Assembly: GCA_963704645.1 (NCBI GenBank)
Contig: OY969926.1
Coordinates: 64,001 to 128,000 of the forward strand
Length of the DNA stretch: 64,000 nucleotides
Reading direction: 5' to 3'
From: an uncultured bacterium
GTDB lineage: Bacteria > Patescibacteriota > JACMRA01
Positions 39,670-48,604 of the stretch are shown here, piece by piece (position 1 is the first letter of the stretch; every line of letters begins with the position of its first letter). Both the position numbers and the translations under genes were made by a program. The notes under the pieces are model-generated. The model saw nothing but the letters and a program-made list of their open reading frames with translations. It searched no databases and was not told the DNA's origin.

Positions 39670-39840
39670 ATGAACAACAACCGCAACACTCTTATTGGCC
39701 TTATAATTGCCTTATTACTTATAGTTGGAATTGGATTTGGTGTATATTCTATTACAAACCAAAACAAAACAACAACTGCCGAAGTTAAAGGTGCCAGTGA
39801 TAGCAACACTTCACAAAGCACAAATCCTAACGAATCATAA
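39670..39840 (+). CDS. Small 56-aa membrane-anchored protein (not in ORF track)
   Basis: MNNNRNTLIGLIIALLLIVGIGFGVYSITNQNKTTTAEVKGASDSNTSQSTNPNES*; TTGACA upstream, terminator downstream. Confidence 0.75.
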   Translation: MNNNRNTLIGLIIALLLIVGIGFGVYSITNQNKTTTAEVKGASDSNTSQSTNPNES

Positions 39841-39863
39841 TTCAATTTTTTGTTAAGTAAGTT

Positions 39864-39885
39864 CCAGCCTTAGGGCTGGTTTTTT
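39864..39885 (+). terminator. Intrinsic terminator
   Basis: CCAGCC-TTAG-GGCTGG-TTTTTT. Confidence 0.8.
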
Positions 39886-39910
39886 GTTGGTTGGATGTGC
39901 AGATTAGGGT

Positions 39911-40399
39911 TTAAATATTAATTATTCTATAGGGAACACCAAAAAAGTTAGATCCTAAAAGTTGTTTCACTTTATCAAAATCATCCTTACCTGTTATGGT
40001 TATTTTAATGTCGGCTTTGTCCTCACACTCCTTTTTATTAAGGCTTAAATTATCACTATTATTTGCATACTCATAAACCGATATGGAAACATAGTGCCCA
40101 ATATAGCCAAGTCCATTTGAATAAACAGAAGTATTTTTAACTTTAACATTTAAGCCATCAATTTTAACTTCGTCACCATTAATTTCAGCCACTTTTATTG
40201 CCATATTCAAATTTGTTTCGAAAACATTTCTCACCTCCTTGGCACTTGGTAATTCGTTGCAAGTTAAACCATGTTCAAACGAATTTAATGAGAACAAAGA
40301 ATTTACTGATGATTTTATTTCCTTGTTATTAAAGTAGATTAAGACAGCTGCCGAAACTATAAGTAAAATTATGCCTATTATCAAAATTATTTTTTTCAT
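39911..40399 (-). CDS. Membrane-anchored hypothetical protein with Cys pair
   Basis: N-terminal TM; TCNELPS...CEDKADI...FFGVPYRIIN. Confidence 0.8.
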   Translation of the reverse strand: MKKIILIIGIILLIVSAAVLIYFNNKEIKSSVNSLFSLNSFEHGLTCNELPSAKEVRNVFETNLNMAIKVAEINGDEVKIDGLNVKVKNTSVYSNGLGYIGHYVSISVYEYANNSDNLSLNKKECEDKADIKITITGKDDFDKVKQLLGSNFFGVPYRIINI

Positions 40400-40406
40400 A
40401 TCTTAA

Positions 40407-41228
40407 CTAATATTGACTATGCCACCAATAAACGTAAGCTGGCCAGTCTGCATACGGCCAAGGGCCAGAAGAATAAACTTCAGGATTGGGTTCTCCGTTT
40501 GGTGACCAACCACTATAGTTTTGTTCATATATTAAATCTGGTGTTCTTTCATCTGTCCATGCATTATCTCTAAAAGTATTCCAACCGCAATAAAAAGAAT
40601 TCCATGTTCTAGCTCTTGTCCAACCCAATGAACCTAAACCAGGTAGTGGTCGACGATAGCCCCAATTTGATAAAGTACTTTCTCTATTACTCTTACCAAC
40701 ATTAAATGAATTTCTGGGCGCTCCTCTATATGGCTTAGGGTTTCCATAAACTCCACAAACTAGCCTACCAGCCAAATCTCCTGCAAAGGCTGCTTGTACA
40801 TTTACATCTCCCACTTTCTTTTTAATTGAATTTTTCTTGACATCTGGCGTAACACCTCCTTTTTTACTAATTTCTGTAGCCATGATAAAAAATTCTTTTA
40901 CCTCAGGATATTTATTTAAATCTGCTTGAAAATTGTTTTCCGAGAGATCTTTACTAAAATTAGTTAATTGTTCAGCCAGCTCTATTGATTCTTTTGAAAA
41001 GTTTTTATCAATTGCTTTCTTTTTATCAAAATTAGGTTTATTTTCTTTAATAGTAATAATGTCACCTGTCATTAAAGTTATATCACCTAGCTTGATTTCA
41101 AAATCAAGAGGTTGTTTTTTACCTGATGCAATCACATCAAAAGATAGAGGAACTATATTAATAGCAATAATTGAAAATATTGATAAATTACGGACTGCTG
41201 TGTTTATTTTTACTAAAGAAAAAATCAT
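40407..41228 (-). CDS. Secreted protein with Trp/Gly/Pro/Tyr-rich C-terminal domain
   Basis: Signal-like N-terminus; TTGACA 35 nt upstream; ends GEPNPEV..GPWPYADWPAYVYWWH. Confidence 0.8.
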   Translation of the reverse strand: MIFSLVKINTAVRNLSIFSIIAINIVPLSFDVIASGKKQPLDFEIKLGDITLMTGDIITIKENKPNFDKKKAIDKNFSKESIELAEQLTNFSKDLSENNFQADLNKYPEVKEFFIMATEISKKGGVTPDVKKNSIKKKVGDVNVQAAFAGDLAGRLVCGVYGNPKPYRGAPRNSFNVGKSNRESTLSNWGYRRPLPGLGSLGWTRARTWNSFYCGWNTFRDNAWTDERTPDLIYEQNYSGWSPNGEPNPEVYSSGPWPYADWPAYVYWWHSQY

Positions 41229-41382
41229 GGCTAAGAGTTAAAATTATAAATATAAATTGTCAACTTAAATATTTTTTTGTTAGAATTTAGAGTTATTTAA
41301 ATCATTATTCCGTAGTATTAAACAAATTAAAAATTAATATATGCCCTATTATAAGATCAAAGTTCTTGCCTATAACTAAGAC

Positions 41383-43650
41383 CTACTCCTCATCAGAAAG
41401 TGTATAAACATCCCTTGGTTTAGAGCCATTTTGCGGCCCCACTACGCCCTCTTCTTCTAGTTGCTGAATAATTCTAGCCGCCTTTGGGTAGCCTATTCCC
41501 ATCATTTGCTGTAAGAAAGAAGCCGAAGCTTTTTGGTATTGAACAACCAGGTTCTTTGCTTCTATGTAAACATCATCTTGAGCGTCTTCATCGTTGCGGT
41601 TAACCATTCCGGGAACATTAATTTTAACCTTGGGAGTTTCTAAAACTTTTAAATCTAGGTTGCTAAAATTATCGTTATCTTCTGCTAGACGTTTTAAATA
41701 TTCTACACATTTCTTAACCTCTTCATCGGAAACGTTTGGACCTTGAAAACGTATAGCAGCCATAGAATTTGGGTTCATAAATAAACCGTCTCCCTGCCCT
41801 AACAATTTTTCAGCTCCACCTTGATCTAAAATAACTCTGGAATCTATTTGAGAAGCCACAGCAAAAGCAATTCTGGAAGGAACATTTGCCTTAATAAGCC
41901 CAGTAACAACATGCGTATCAGGGCGCTGAGTACCCAATACTAAGTGAATTCCTACAGCTCTAGACATTTGGGTTAAACGTACAATAATTGGCTCTACTTC
42001 TGCCTTAGCCATCATCATTAAATCTCCTAGTTCGTCTATTACAAAAACTTGATATGGCAAACTTTCTAAACCTGTTAATTTAGCTAGTTTATTATAATCG
42101 GCAATATTACGTTTTGCGTGTTGTTCCAGCAATTTATAGCGTCGTTCCATTTCTAAAACTGTCCATTTCAAAGCATTAATAGCCTTGTCTGCGTCTGTAA
42201 TTACTGGGGCAAGCAAATGTGGAACTTTATCATAAAGTTTAAGCTCTACCCTTTTCATATCAACTAAAATAAGTTGAAGTTCCGAGGGCGAATAACGATA
42301 CAATAAACTTAGCAATAACCCGTTAATCCAAACAGATTTTCCACTTCCAGTAGACCCAGCTACCAACAAATGAGGCATCTTAGACAAGGCAAAAATAACA
42401 TTGTTTCCCGCTACATCCTTTCCCATTGCAATAGCCAATTCATCGGAAAAATTAAGGAATTTATGGGTTTGCAAAATATCTCGCAAAAGCACCATACTTT
42501 TTTGCTTATTAGGAACCTCTACACCCACCAAACTTTGCCCATTTACAGGTGATTCAACTCTAATATTGTTGGTAGCTAAAGCCAAGGCTAAATCTCTTTG
42601 TAGGGCATCTATTGCAGAAAGACGAACACCGTTAGCTGGTTTTAAAGTGTATTGGGTTACAGTAGGCCCAACTGAAACATCTCCCATTTCTACACTAATA
42701 CCAAAATGAGCCAAAGTTTCTTTAATAGTTTTTTTGTTTCCTTCAATATCACCAGGTTCAACTTTTGTATGGTTTTCACGAAGAATGTCGAAGGGCGGAA
42801 GCTTCCAATCTACCAAACTTTCGGCTGGCTGCATTTCTAAAATATCTTTTTCAGAACCAGCGAAACTAAACTTTGGTTTAGCCGTTTTTGTTGAGGAAGA
42901 AACTGGCCTGGCTTGAACATCAATAACATCGGAATTTGCACCAGAATTTCTACTTACTTTTTCATTAATCTTAGGATCAGACTTAGAAGCTGGAACATCT
43001 ACTGAACCAAATTCCTTAAAGTTTTCCGAAGGCCTGTCTTCAGCATTATTTGCTATATTGGAAATTGGTGTAGTGCTAGGGTTTTTCCAAACCTCAAAAA
43101 TGTCTGGAATAAAATCCCAAAATTCACCGGGATTTTTTAAAGTGTGTTTTAAATTTTCCAAAAACTGAGCAAAGGTTAAATTAGAAACCAAGAAAAACCC
43201 GAATATTCCTATACAAGCAATTATAAAAGCTCCACCAATTAGCCCGAAATAGCCCAAACTAACTGGGTAAATAAAATAGCCAAAAAGCCCTCCACCTTTT
43301 TCTACATCGGCCGGTGTTCTAACTTGCATTATTAAGCTTAAAAAGCCGTTCAAACAAGCAGCCAAAAAGAAAAAGCCCCAAGCAAGGCGGCTATTAACAT
43401 CTGTTACCAGCTGGTTGTTACGTTGAAGCCTAATTAAAATTATTCCCATAAAAAAGAAAATAATTGGCAAAATAACCGAACCTCTTCCTAAAAATATTCC
43501 TAAAAAAGCCCCAATAACCCTACCGAAATTACCAGCCAATCCAAAAATACTTAAATAAGTTAAAATACCAACAGCGAAGCTGGCCACAATAGAAAGTGTA
43601 ATTTTTGTATTTACATCTAGGTCTGGTAAAAGTTTAGGCCATTTCATCAT
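41383..43650 (-). CDS. ftsK: DNA translocase FtsK/SpoIIIE
   Basis: 4TM N-terminus, MPHLLVAGSTGSGKS, IDELGDLMM, TQRP, GAEKLLGQGD, gamma domain ASFLQ..IGYPKAARII. The TTG at 43683 is probably a -35 box. Confidence 0.97.
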   Translation of the reverse strand: MMKWPKLLPDLDVNTKITLSIVASFAVGILTYLSIFGLAGNFGRVIGAFLGIFLGRGSVILPIIFFFMGIILIRLQRNNQLVTDVNSRLAWGFFFLAACLNGFLSLIMQVRTPADVEKGGGLFGYFIYPVSLGYFGLIGGAFIIACIGIFGFFLVSNLTFAQFLENLKHTLKNPGEFWDFIPDIFEVWKNPSTTPISNIANNAEDRPSENFKEFGSVDVPASKSDPKINEKVSRNSGANSDVIDVQARPVSSSTKTAKPKFSFAGSEKDILEMQPAESLVDWKLPPFDILRENHTKVEPGDIEGNKKTIKETLAHFGISVEMGDVSVGPTVTQYTLKPANGVRLSAIDALQRDLALALATNNIRVESPVNGQSLVGVEVPNKQKSMVLLRDILQTHKFLNFSDELAIAMGKDVAGNNVIFALSKMPHLLVAGSTGSGKSVWINGLLLSLLYRYSPSELQLILVDMKRVELKLYDKVPHLLAPVITDADKAINALKWTVLEMERRYKLLEQHAKRNIADYNKLAKLTGLESLPYQVFVIDELGDLMMMAKAEVEPIIVRLTQMSRAVGIHLVLGTQRPDTHVVTGLIKANVPSRIAFAVASQIDSRVILDQGGAEKLLGQGDGLFMNPNSMAAIRFQGPNVSDEEVKKCVEYLKRLAEDNDNFSNLDLKVLETPKVKINVPGMVNRNDEDAQDDVYIEAKNLVVQYQKASASFLQQMMGIGYPKAARIIQQLEEEGVVGPQNGSKPRDVYTLSDEE

Positions 43651-43827
43651 TTGGAAACTGAAAGTATTACACCATTTTGGCAAGGCTTTATAAAGTTACC
43701 CAAAAAATTAGGGCCAAGTGAGGTGCTTGGCCTTAGTATTTAAAATTGTTAAAACTTTAAGAACTGCAATCTTGAGTTTAATTAAGCTGTTACCATGTAC
43801 TTATTTTGAATTCCTAAAACTCTAGGT

Positions 43828-44088
43828 CTAAAATCCAAAATAGGTTTGAACAGCCTTTCTCAAACGATCATCACAAATTCCCTTGCCTGTGAAGTTGTTA
43901 ACAACAGCGGACTGGATATGTGCGATCCAAGTTGAATCATAGTCTCCAAAGTTTTCCGAAATATAATTGTTTATATCATCAATCCTTAGCTCAGAAGAAT
44001 TATTATAGTCTAAGGATTGTCTACTTTCCCTCCCGCATTGTGGAATGGTTTTATTTGGAATTCTATGATTCATGCTTACCCCATACAA
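43828..44088 (-). CDS. Small hypothetical protein (ORFan-like)
   Basis: 81-86 aa ORF with own promoter block upstream and hairpin at 43711-43733 downstream. Confidence 0.5.
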   Translation of the reverse strand: MYGVSMNHRIPNKTIPQCGRESRQSLDYNNSSELRIDDINNYISENFGDYDSTWIAHIQSAVVNNFTGKGICDDRLRKAVQTYFGF

Positions 44089-44255
44089 AAACTGAGTTTG
44101 TATTTATTTTTATATATTTTTTAGAAAGTTTGGCAAGTAGAAGTTGTTTATCTAACTTAATCTACAAAAAAATAGATATTCAACTTAGTAAAAAAACTAA
44201 ACAATTTTATTTTTGGTTGAATTGTTTAGTATTATTATGATTCTTCAATGCCTTT

Positions 44256-44277
44256 GGAGACCAGGGGTCTCCCCTAC
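44256..44277 (-). repeat. GTAG-type REP variant
   Basis: Reverse complement GTAGGGGAGACCCCTGGTCTCC. Confidence 0.6.
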
Positions 44278-44282
44278 GGTTT

Positions 44283-45623
44283 CTACTTCCCCGCGTAAGA
44301 GTAATTCAACCCCACTTTAGTTTGTTCCCATTTGGCTTGGCTTAAAACTTTCTTTGCTACTGCGTCGTCGGCTTTTTTGGCTAGTTTGTTGCTGTTATCT
44401 GTTGGAATTAAATTGGCTATTAGGCTGAATTTTGGTTTAGTTAAATTTTGTAATTTAGCCTGGGACAAACAATCATCTTTAAATTTTAAGCAGCTTGGGG
44501 CCAGTTTAGACCAGCTGGCCATGTTAGAATCCATTTCAAAGTTAAAGTTTAAATTTACAGCTAAACCTTGCCTGTAAAGCGGTGCACTTTGCTGGTCAAA
44601 AATAAAGTTTCCCATAGAATAAACAATTAATTTACCTTTGTAAGCTTCAGTGTTTTGTACGGAATGAGTATGATTTCCCAAAATAACATCGGCTCCTAAA
44701 TCTAACATTTTTTTGTAATAAGTTTGCTGCAATTCATCGGCTGTTAAACTATATTCTTTACCTTGATGGGGCATAATTATAGTAGGTAAGTAGTTTGAGT
44801 ATTTAGAAATTACAGCTAAATCATCTTCGGTAGGAAGTTTAAAAACGTTATGATACCCACACATTGCAACAGGTATTAGAAATTGTGTTGTGTCTTGAAT
44901 ACTCTCCTTAGAACTATTCTGTGTATTATTTTGACCAGCAATTTCGGTGCCAACTTCCATTATAGAAAAATTTGATTTAGAAGGTAAGGCAATTATTTCG
45001 CAAATTTCATCTTTGCCGTTTTCATCACGGAAGGCATTATCGAAATGGCCAAAATACTGAATTTTATTAGTTTCTAAATTCTGCCTAGTCTGCGCCAGTC
45101 CGTTTACTTCCTCCATATTATCTGTGTGATTGTTAGCCAAAGTAAAAGCGTTGAACCACTTAGCAGCTTCCACTGTATATTCTATAGGACAACTAAATTT
45201 TAACAAATTATCTTGGCTGGCAGAATTTATGTATGTAGAAGTTACAGGGCATTCCAAATCTGCTATCCAGGCTTGGTAATCTTGCCGGTTAAAACTAGAA
45301 AGTCCAGAAAAAGGGTAAGCAAATTTTAAATCACTGGCCTTAGACCAATCGTCTACATATCTTCCCCAAAACACATCGCCAAAAAATAAAGTGTTCATGC
45401 TTAAAGACGTTGGTTGAATAATTTCGGGCTTTTTTATTTCTGCTTGTGTATTTGTAGAATCTGTCTGGGTTTTAGCAATTTGGGAGCTTTGATTTTCAGC
45501 ATTTTTACTTTTATAATTAGGAAGATTATTTCCCAAAAAAACCAACAAAACAACTATTGGGAATGATATAATTAAAATAAATAAAAGGTTAGATACTATA
45601 TTTTTTAAACTGCTCTTAGTCAT
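44283..45623 (-). CDS. CapA/PGA_cap family metallophosphoesterase-like membrane-anchored protein
   Basis: GDVFWGR, DLECP, TLANNH, PHQGKEY, GADVILGNHTHSVQ, YSMGNFIFDQ. Confidence 0.92.
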   Translation of the reverse strand: MTKSSLKNIVSNLLFILIISFPIVVLLVFLGNNLPNYKSKNAENQSSQIAKTQTDSTNTQAEIKKPEIIQPTSLSMNTLFFGDVFWGRYVDDWSKASDLKFAYPFSGLSSFNRQDYQAWIADLECPVTSTYINSASQDNLLKFSCPIEYTVEAAKWFNAFTLANNHTDNMEEVNGLAQTRQNLETNKIQYFGHFDNAFRDENGKDEICEIIALPSKSNFSIMEVGTEIAGQNNTQNSSKESIQDTTQFLIPVAMCGYHNVFKLPTEDDLAVISKYSNYLPTIIMPHQGKEYSLTADELQQTYYKKMLDLGADVILGNHTHSVQNTEAYKGKLIVYSMGNFIFDQQSAPLYRQGLAVNLNFNFEMDSNMASWSKLAPSCLKFKDDCLSQAKLQNLTKPKFSLIANLIPTDNSNKLAKKADDAVAKKVLSQAKWEQTKVGLNYSYAGK

Positions 45624-45648
45624 ATTTTAAAGGTTTATTTTGAATATT

Positions 45649-46632
45649 TTACACCTTGGAAAGATAATTTTTAAACCAGTTAGCCGTTTCCACAATAGCC
45701 TCTTCATTAGAATTTTTAGACATATCTGGAAAATATTTTTCGAACTTTGATGAATTTATTAAAAGACTATTTTGAAGTAAATATTGACTATCTTTGGCCG
45801 CAAGCATGTTTGTGTTAAAAAAAGATTCTATCTGAAACTGCCAGTTTGGAATGGTCGATATTCTGGCATTTATTTTAAGCTGTTCAGCAATTTGATTAGC
45901 TAAATTTAACAAAGAAACTTGCTGCATACACGGAGTTAAAAACACTTTATCATCCAAATTTAAAGTATTGTATTTTTCCACAATTTTAGTTACAGCGGCA
46001 GCTAAGTCTCGAGTATAGGTAAATGTAAATGGAAGGTTTAAATTAGGAATTAACTTAATATCTGGGCGTTTAGAAAACAGAAGTTGATTAAAAAATTGCT
46101 CTCCAAAAATAGATTTTACAGCGTAAGGACCAAACAAAGGTGAGGCTTTAAGGATTGTAATTGGCAAATCTTGATGGGTAACTTCTTTTTCTAAACTTTG
46201 GGAGACAAAGGCCCTAATTTGTGTTCGTGGCGAAATAGGTTTAAAATTGGTAGTTTCACTAATTTCCTGCCCTGAAACATCGCCGTAGGCTTCAATTCCA
46301 TCAATAAAAATAATTGGCTTACCAGTTTTAGCTAAACTTATTATATTTTCAATAAAAATAGGGTATTCCTCTTTCCAAACTTTTAAAGTATAGCTGCTTG
46401 GTTTATAGCAACAAATTACCAAATCACATTTATTGGTAAATTCTGTTAATTCTTTTATATTTAAAACATTGCCTTTTTGAATAACATTTTCAAAATTAGA
46501 AGCTTGCTTAAAGTGGGCTTTGCCAGACTTTGAAAATCCGTAAACAGTATAGCCCTGTTCTATTAATTCTTCATTAATTACAGAACCAACAGTTCCCGTA
46601 GAACCTATTATACAAATTGTTGGCTTGGGCAT
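45649..46632 (-). CDS. NAD-dependent epimerase/dehydratase (atypical SDR)
   Basis: IIGSTGTVG, AYG, LFGP, FTYTRDLA. Confidence 0.85.
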   Translation of the reverse strand: MPKPTICIIGSTGTVGSVINEELIEQGYTVYGFSKSGKAHFKQASNFENVIQKGNVLNIKELTEFTNKCDLVICCYKPSSYTLKVWKEEYPIFIENIISLAKTGKPIIFIDGIEAYGDVSGQEISETTNFKPISPRTQIRAFVSQSLEKEVTHQDLPITILKASPLFGPYAVKSIFGEQFFNQLLFSKRPDIKLIPNLNLPFTFTYTRDLAAAVTKIVEKYNTLNLDDKVFLTPCMQQVSLLNLANQIAEQLKINARISTIPNWQFQIESFFNTNMLAAKDSQYLLQNSLLINSSKFEKYFPDMSKNSNEEAIVETANWFKNYLSKV

Positions 46633-46658
46633 ATTTAAAATTTATTTGGATTTATTAT

Positions 46659-48422
46659 TTATATTACAATCTTTAACTCTTCGTCTAAAACTTCTTGAAA
46701 ATTAGTTTTGTACTTCAAATTACTTAAAATACCTTTCAACTCTGGCCCAAAAATTTCGGCGACTGCATTTTCGTTATCTGAATTTAACTCTATTTTTTCT
46801 AAAACTTTTTGATATACAGAAATTATTACGAACAACATAGCCTGCATTTTTTCAAAAGAACAATATGTGTCAATTTTATCGAAGCCGTTTTGTTGAAGAT
46901 AGTCTTCCCGCAAAGATTTTGCAATTTCCAGAACTAAACGTTTGTTATTATCCAAACCGTCTGGACCAACTAATTTCACAATTTCTAGCAATTCTGTTTC
47001 TTCTGCTAGTATTTGTTTAGCTAACTTTCTGTTTTGTAAATATTTGCTACCAACAGGTAAACTAGTATCTAAAATTTTGGCATAACTTTCTTCAAATAAA
47101 GAATAGCTTGTTCTCCAATTAATAGCTGGATAGTGTCTTTTCTGTGCTAAATCTGAATCTAAAGCCAAGAAAACCTGACTATTTTTTAAGCTATTCTGGG
47201 TCATCGGTTCAGAAAAGTCTCCACCTGCTGGCGAAACAGTACCAATTACAGTAACCGATCCTTCCTGATTAGAAAAAGTTTTGACTACACCACCACGCTC
47301 ATAAAAAGCCGCAATTCTACTACCTAAATATGCTGGGTAACCTTCCTCCGAAGGCATTTCACCAAGCCTTTGGGAAACTTCACGCAAAGCTTCTGCCCAT
47401 CTACTTGTGGAATCGGCCATTAAAACCACGTTTAAACCCATATCTCTATAGTATTCTGCAATGGTTATACCTGTATAAATACTGGCTTCGCGGGCTGCCA
47501 GTGGCATATTGGACGTATTAGCAATTAAAATTGTTCTTTCCATTAAAGGCCTGCCTGTTTTAGGGTCTTCAAGAGTTGGGAAAAGTTTAATAATTTCTGT
47601 CATTTCGTTGCCACGCTCTCCACAACCAATGTACACTACCACTTCAGCGTCGCTCCATTTAGCAATTTGCTGTTGAGTAAAAGTTTTACCAGCTCCGAAT
47701 GGGCCAGGCGTAGATACTTTTCCACCTAACAAGATTGGAAAAAATGAATCTATAACTCGCTGCCCTGTTTTAAATATTTTTTTAGACTCTAATTTTTCAG
47801 CTACTGGTCTGGCAATTTTTACTGGCCATTTGGTAATTAAATTAAGTTTTTTTATTCCACCCTTGCTTCCTTTTAAAACTGCTACAATATCAGTAACTTT
47901 ATAGCTTCCTGCAGTAATTTTTTCAACGCTCCAAATTTGGTTTTTATCTAGTTCGGGAGCAATTAGCCAATGTTTAATTAAGGCTGTTTCTTGCACAAAA
48001 CCAAGCTTAGAACCACGCTCTATTTCTTCATCAAGCTGAACTGTAGGAATAAAATCCCATAATTTTTCTCTATCTAGAGCTGGTATATTGGTTCCTGGTT
48101 GAATAAAAATTGGACTGATTTCTTCAATCTTTTTTAAAGGACGCTGAATTCCATCAAACATTTCACCTAGCAAACCTGGACCTAATTCTACACTAAGTAG
48201 TTCGCCTAACAATTCTACTTCTTCACCTACTTGTAAACCAATAGTTTCTTCGTAAACCTGAATTTTACAGCTATTTTCTGTTATAGCAATAATTTCTCCA
48301 AGAAGTTTTTTACTTCCAATATACACCGTTTCAAGCATTTTTGGAGGATGAAAACTTACACCTTCCTGTTCTATAATTTCAGCAATAACAAGCGGACCAA
48401 GCACGTGGGTAACTTTCAGCAT
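46659..48422 (-). CDS. atpA: V/A-type ATPase catalytic subunit A
   Basis: QVYEET.GL, LGPGLLGEMFDGIQRPL, GPFGAGKT, GCGERGNEM, DSTSRWAEALRE, EEGYPAYL; 587 aa from ATG 48422. Confidence 0.96.
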   Translation of the reverse strand: MLKVTHVLGPLVIAEIIEQEGVSFHPPKMLETVYIGSKKLLGEIIAITENSCKIQVYEETIGLQVGEEVELLGELLSVELGPGLLGEMFDGIQRPLKKIEEISPIFIQPGTNIPALDREKLWDFIPTVQLDEEIERGSKLGFVQETALIKHWLIAPELDKNQIWSVEKITAGSYKVTDIVAVLKGSKGGIKKLNLITKWPVKIARPVAEKLESKKIFKTGQRVIDSFFPILLGGKVSTPGPFGAGKTFTQQQIAKWSDAEVVVYIGCGERGNEMTEIIKLFPTLEDPKTGRPLMERTILIANTSNMPLAAREASIYTGITIAEYYRDMGLNVVLMADSTSRWAEALREVSQRLGEMPSEEGYPAYLGSRIAAFYERGGVVKTFSNQEGSVTVIGTVSPAGGDFSEPMTQNSLKNSQVFLALDSDLAQKRHYPAINWRTSYSLFEESYAKILDTSLPVGSKYLQNRKLAKQILAEETELLEIVKLVGPDGLDNNKRLVLEIAKSLREDYLQQNGFDKIDTYCSFEKMQAMLFVIISVYQKVLEKIELNSDNENAVAEIFGPELKGILSNLKYKTNFQEVLDEELKIVI

Positions 48423-48604
48423 ATTAACCTCAGCCAAGGTTTTAGAGCAAGTTATGTCAATTGATATAATGTCCACATTCCACGCTAATTCTTTTCTTGG
48501 GCAAGAAATATTTTGTGTTTAACTAAATAACTTTCTGCTCTAATTAATCGCTTCCTTGCCATTTTAAAAGAACTTTTGCCATAATAAATTAGCAAATTGC
48601 TCCA

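Noticed and set aside
39639-39845. 68-aa minus-strand ORF
   Set aside because: Shadow of the better-supported plus-strand 56-aa gene with promoter and terminator
46659-48422. Intein in ATPase subunit A
   Set aside because: Normal length (587 aa) and contiguous motifs around Walker A
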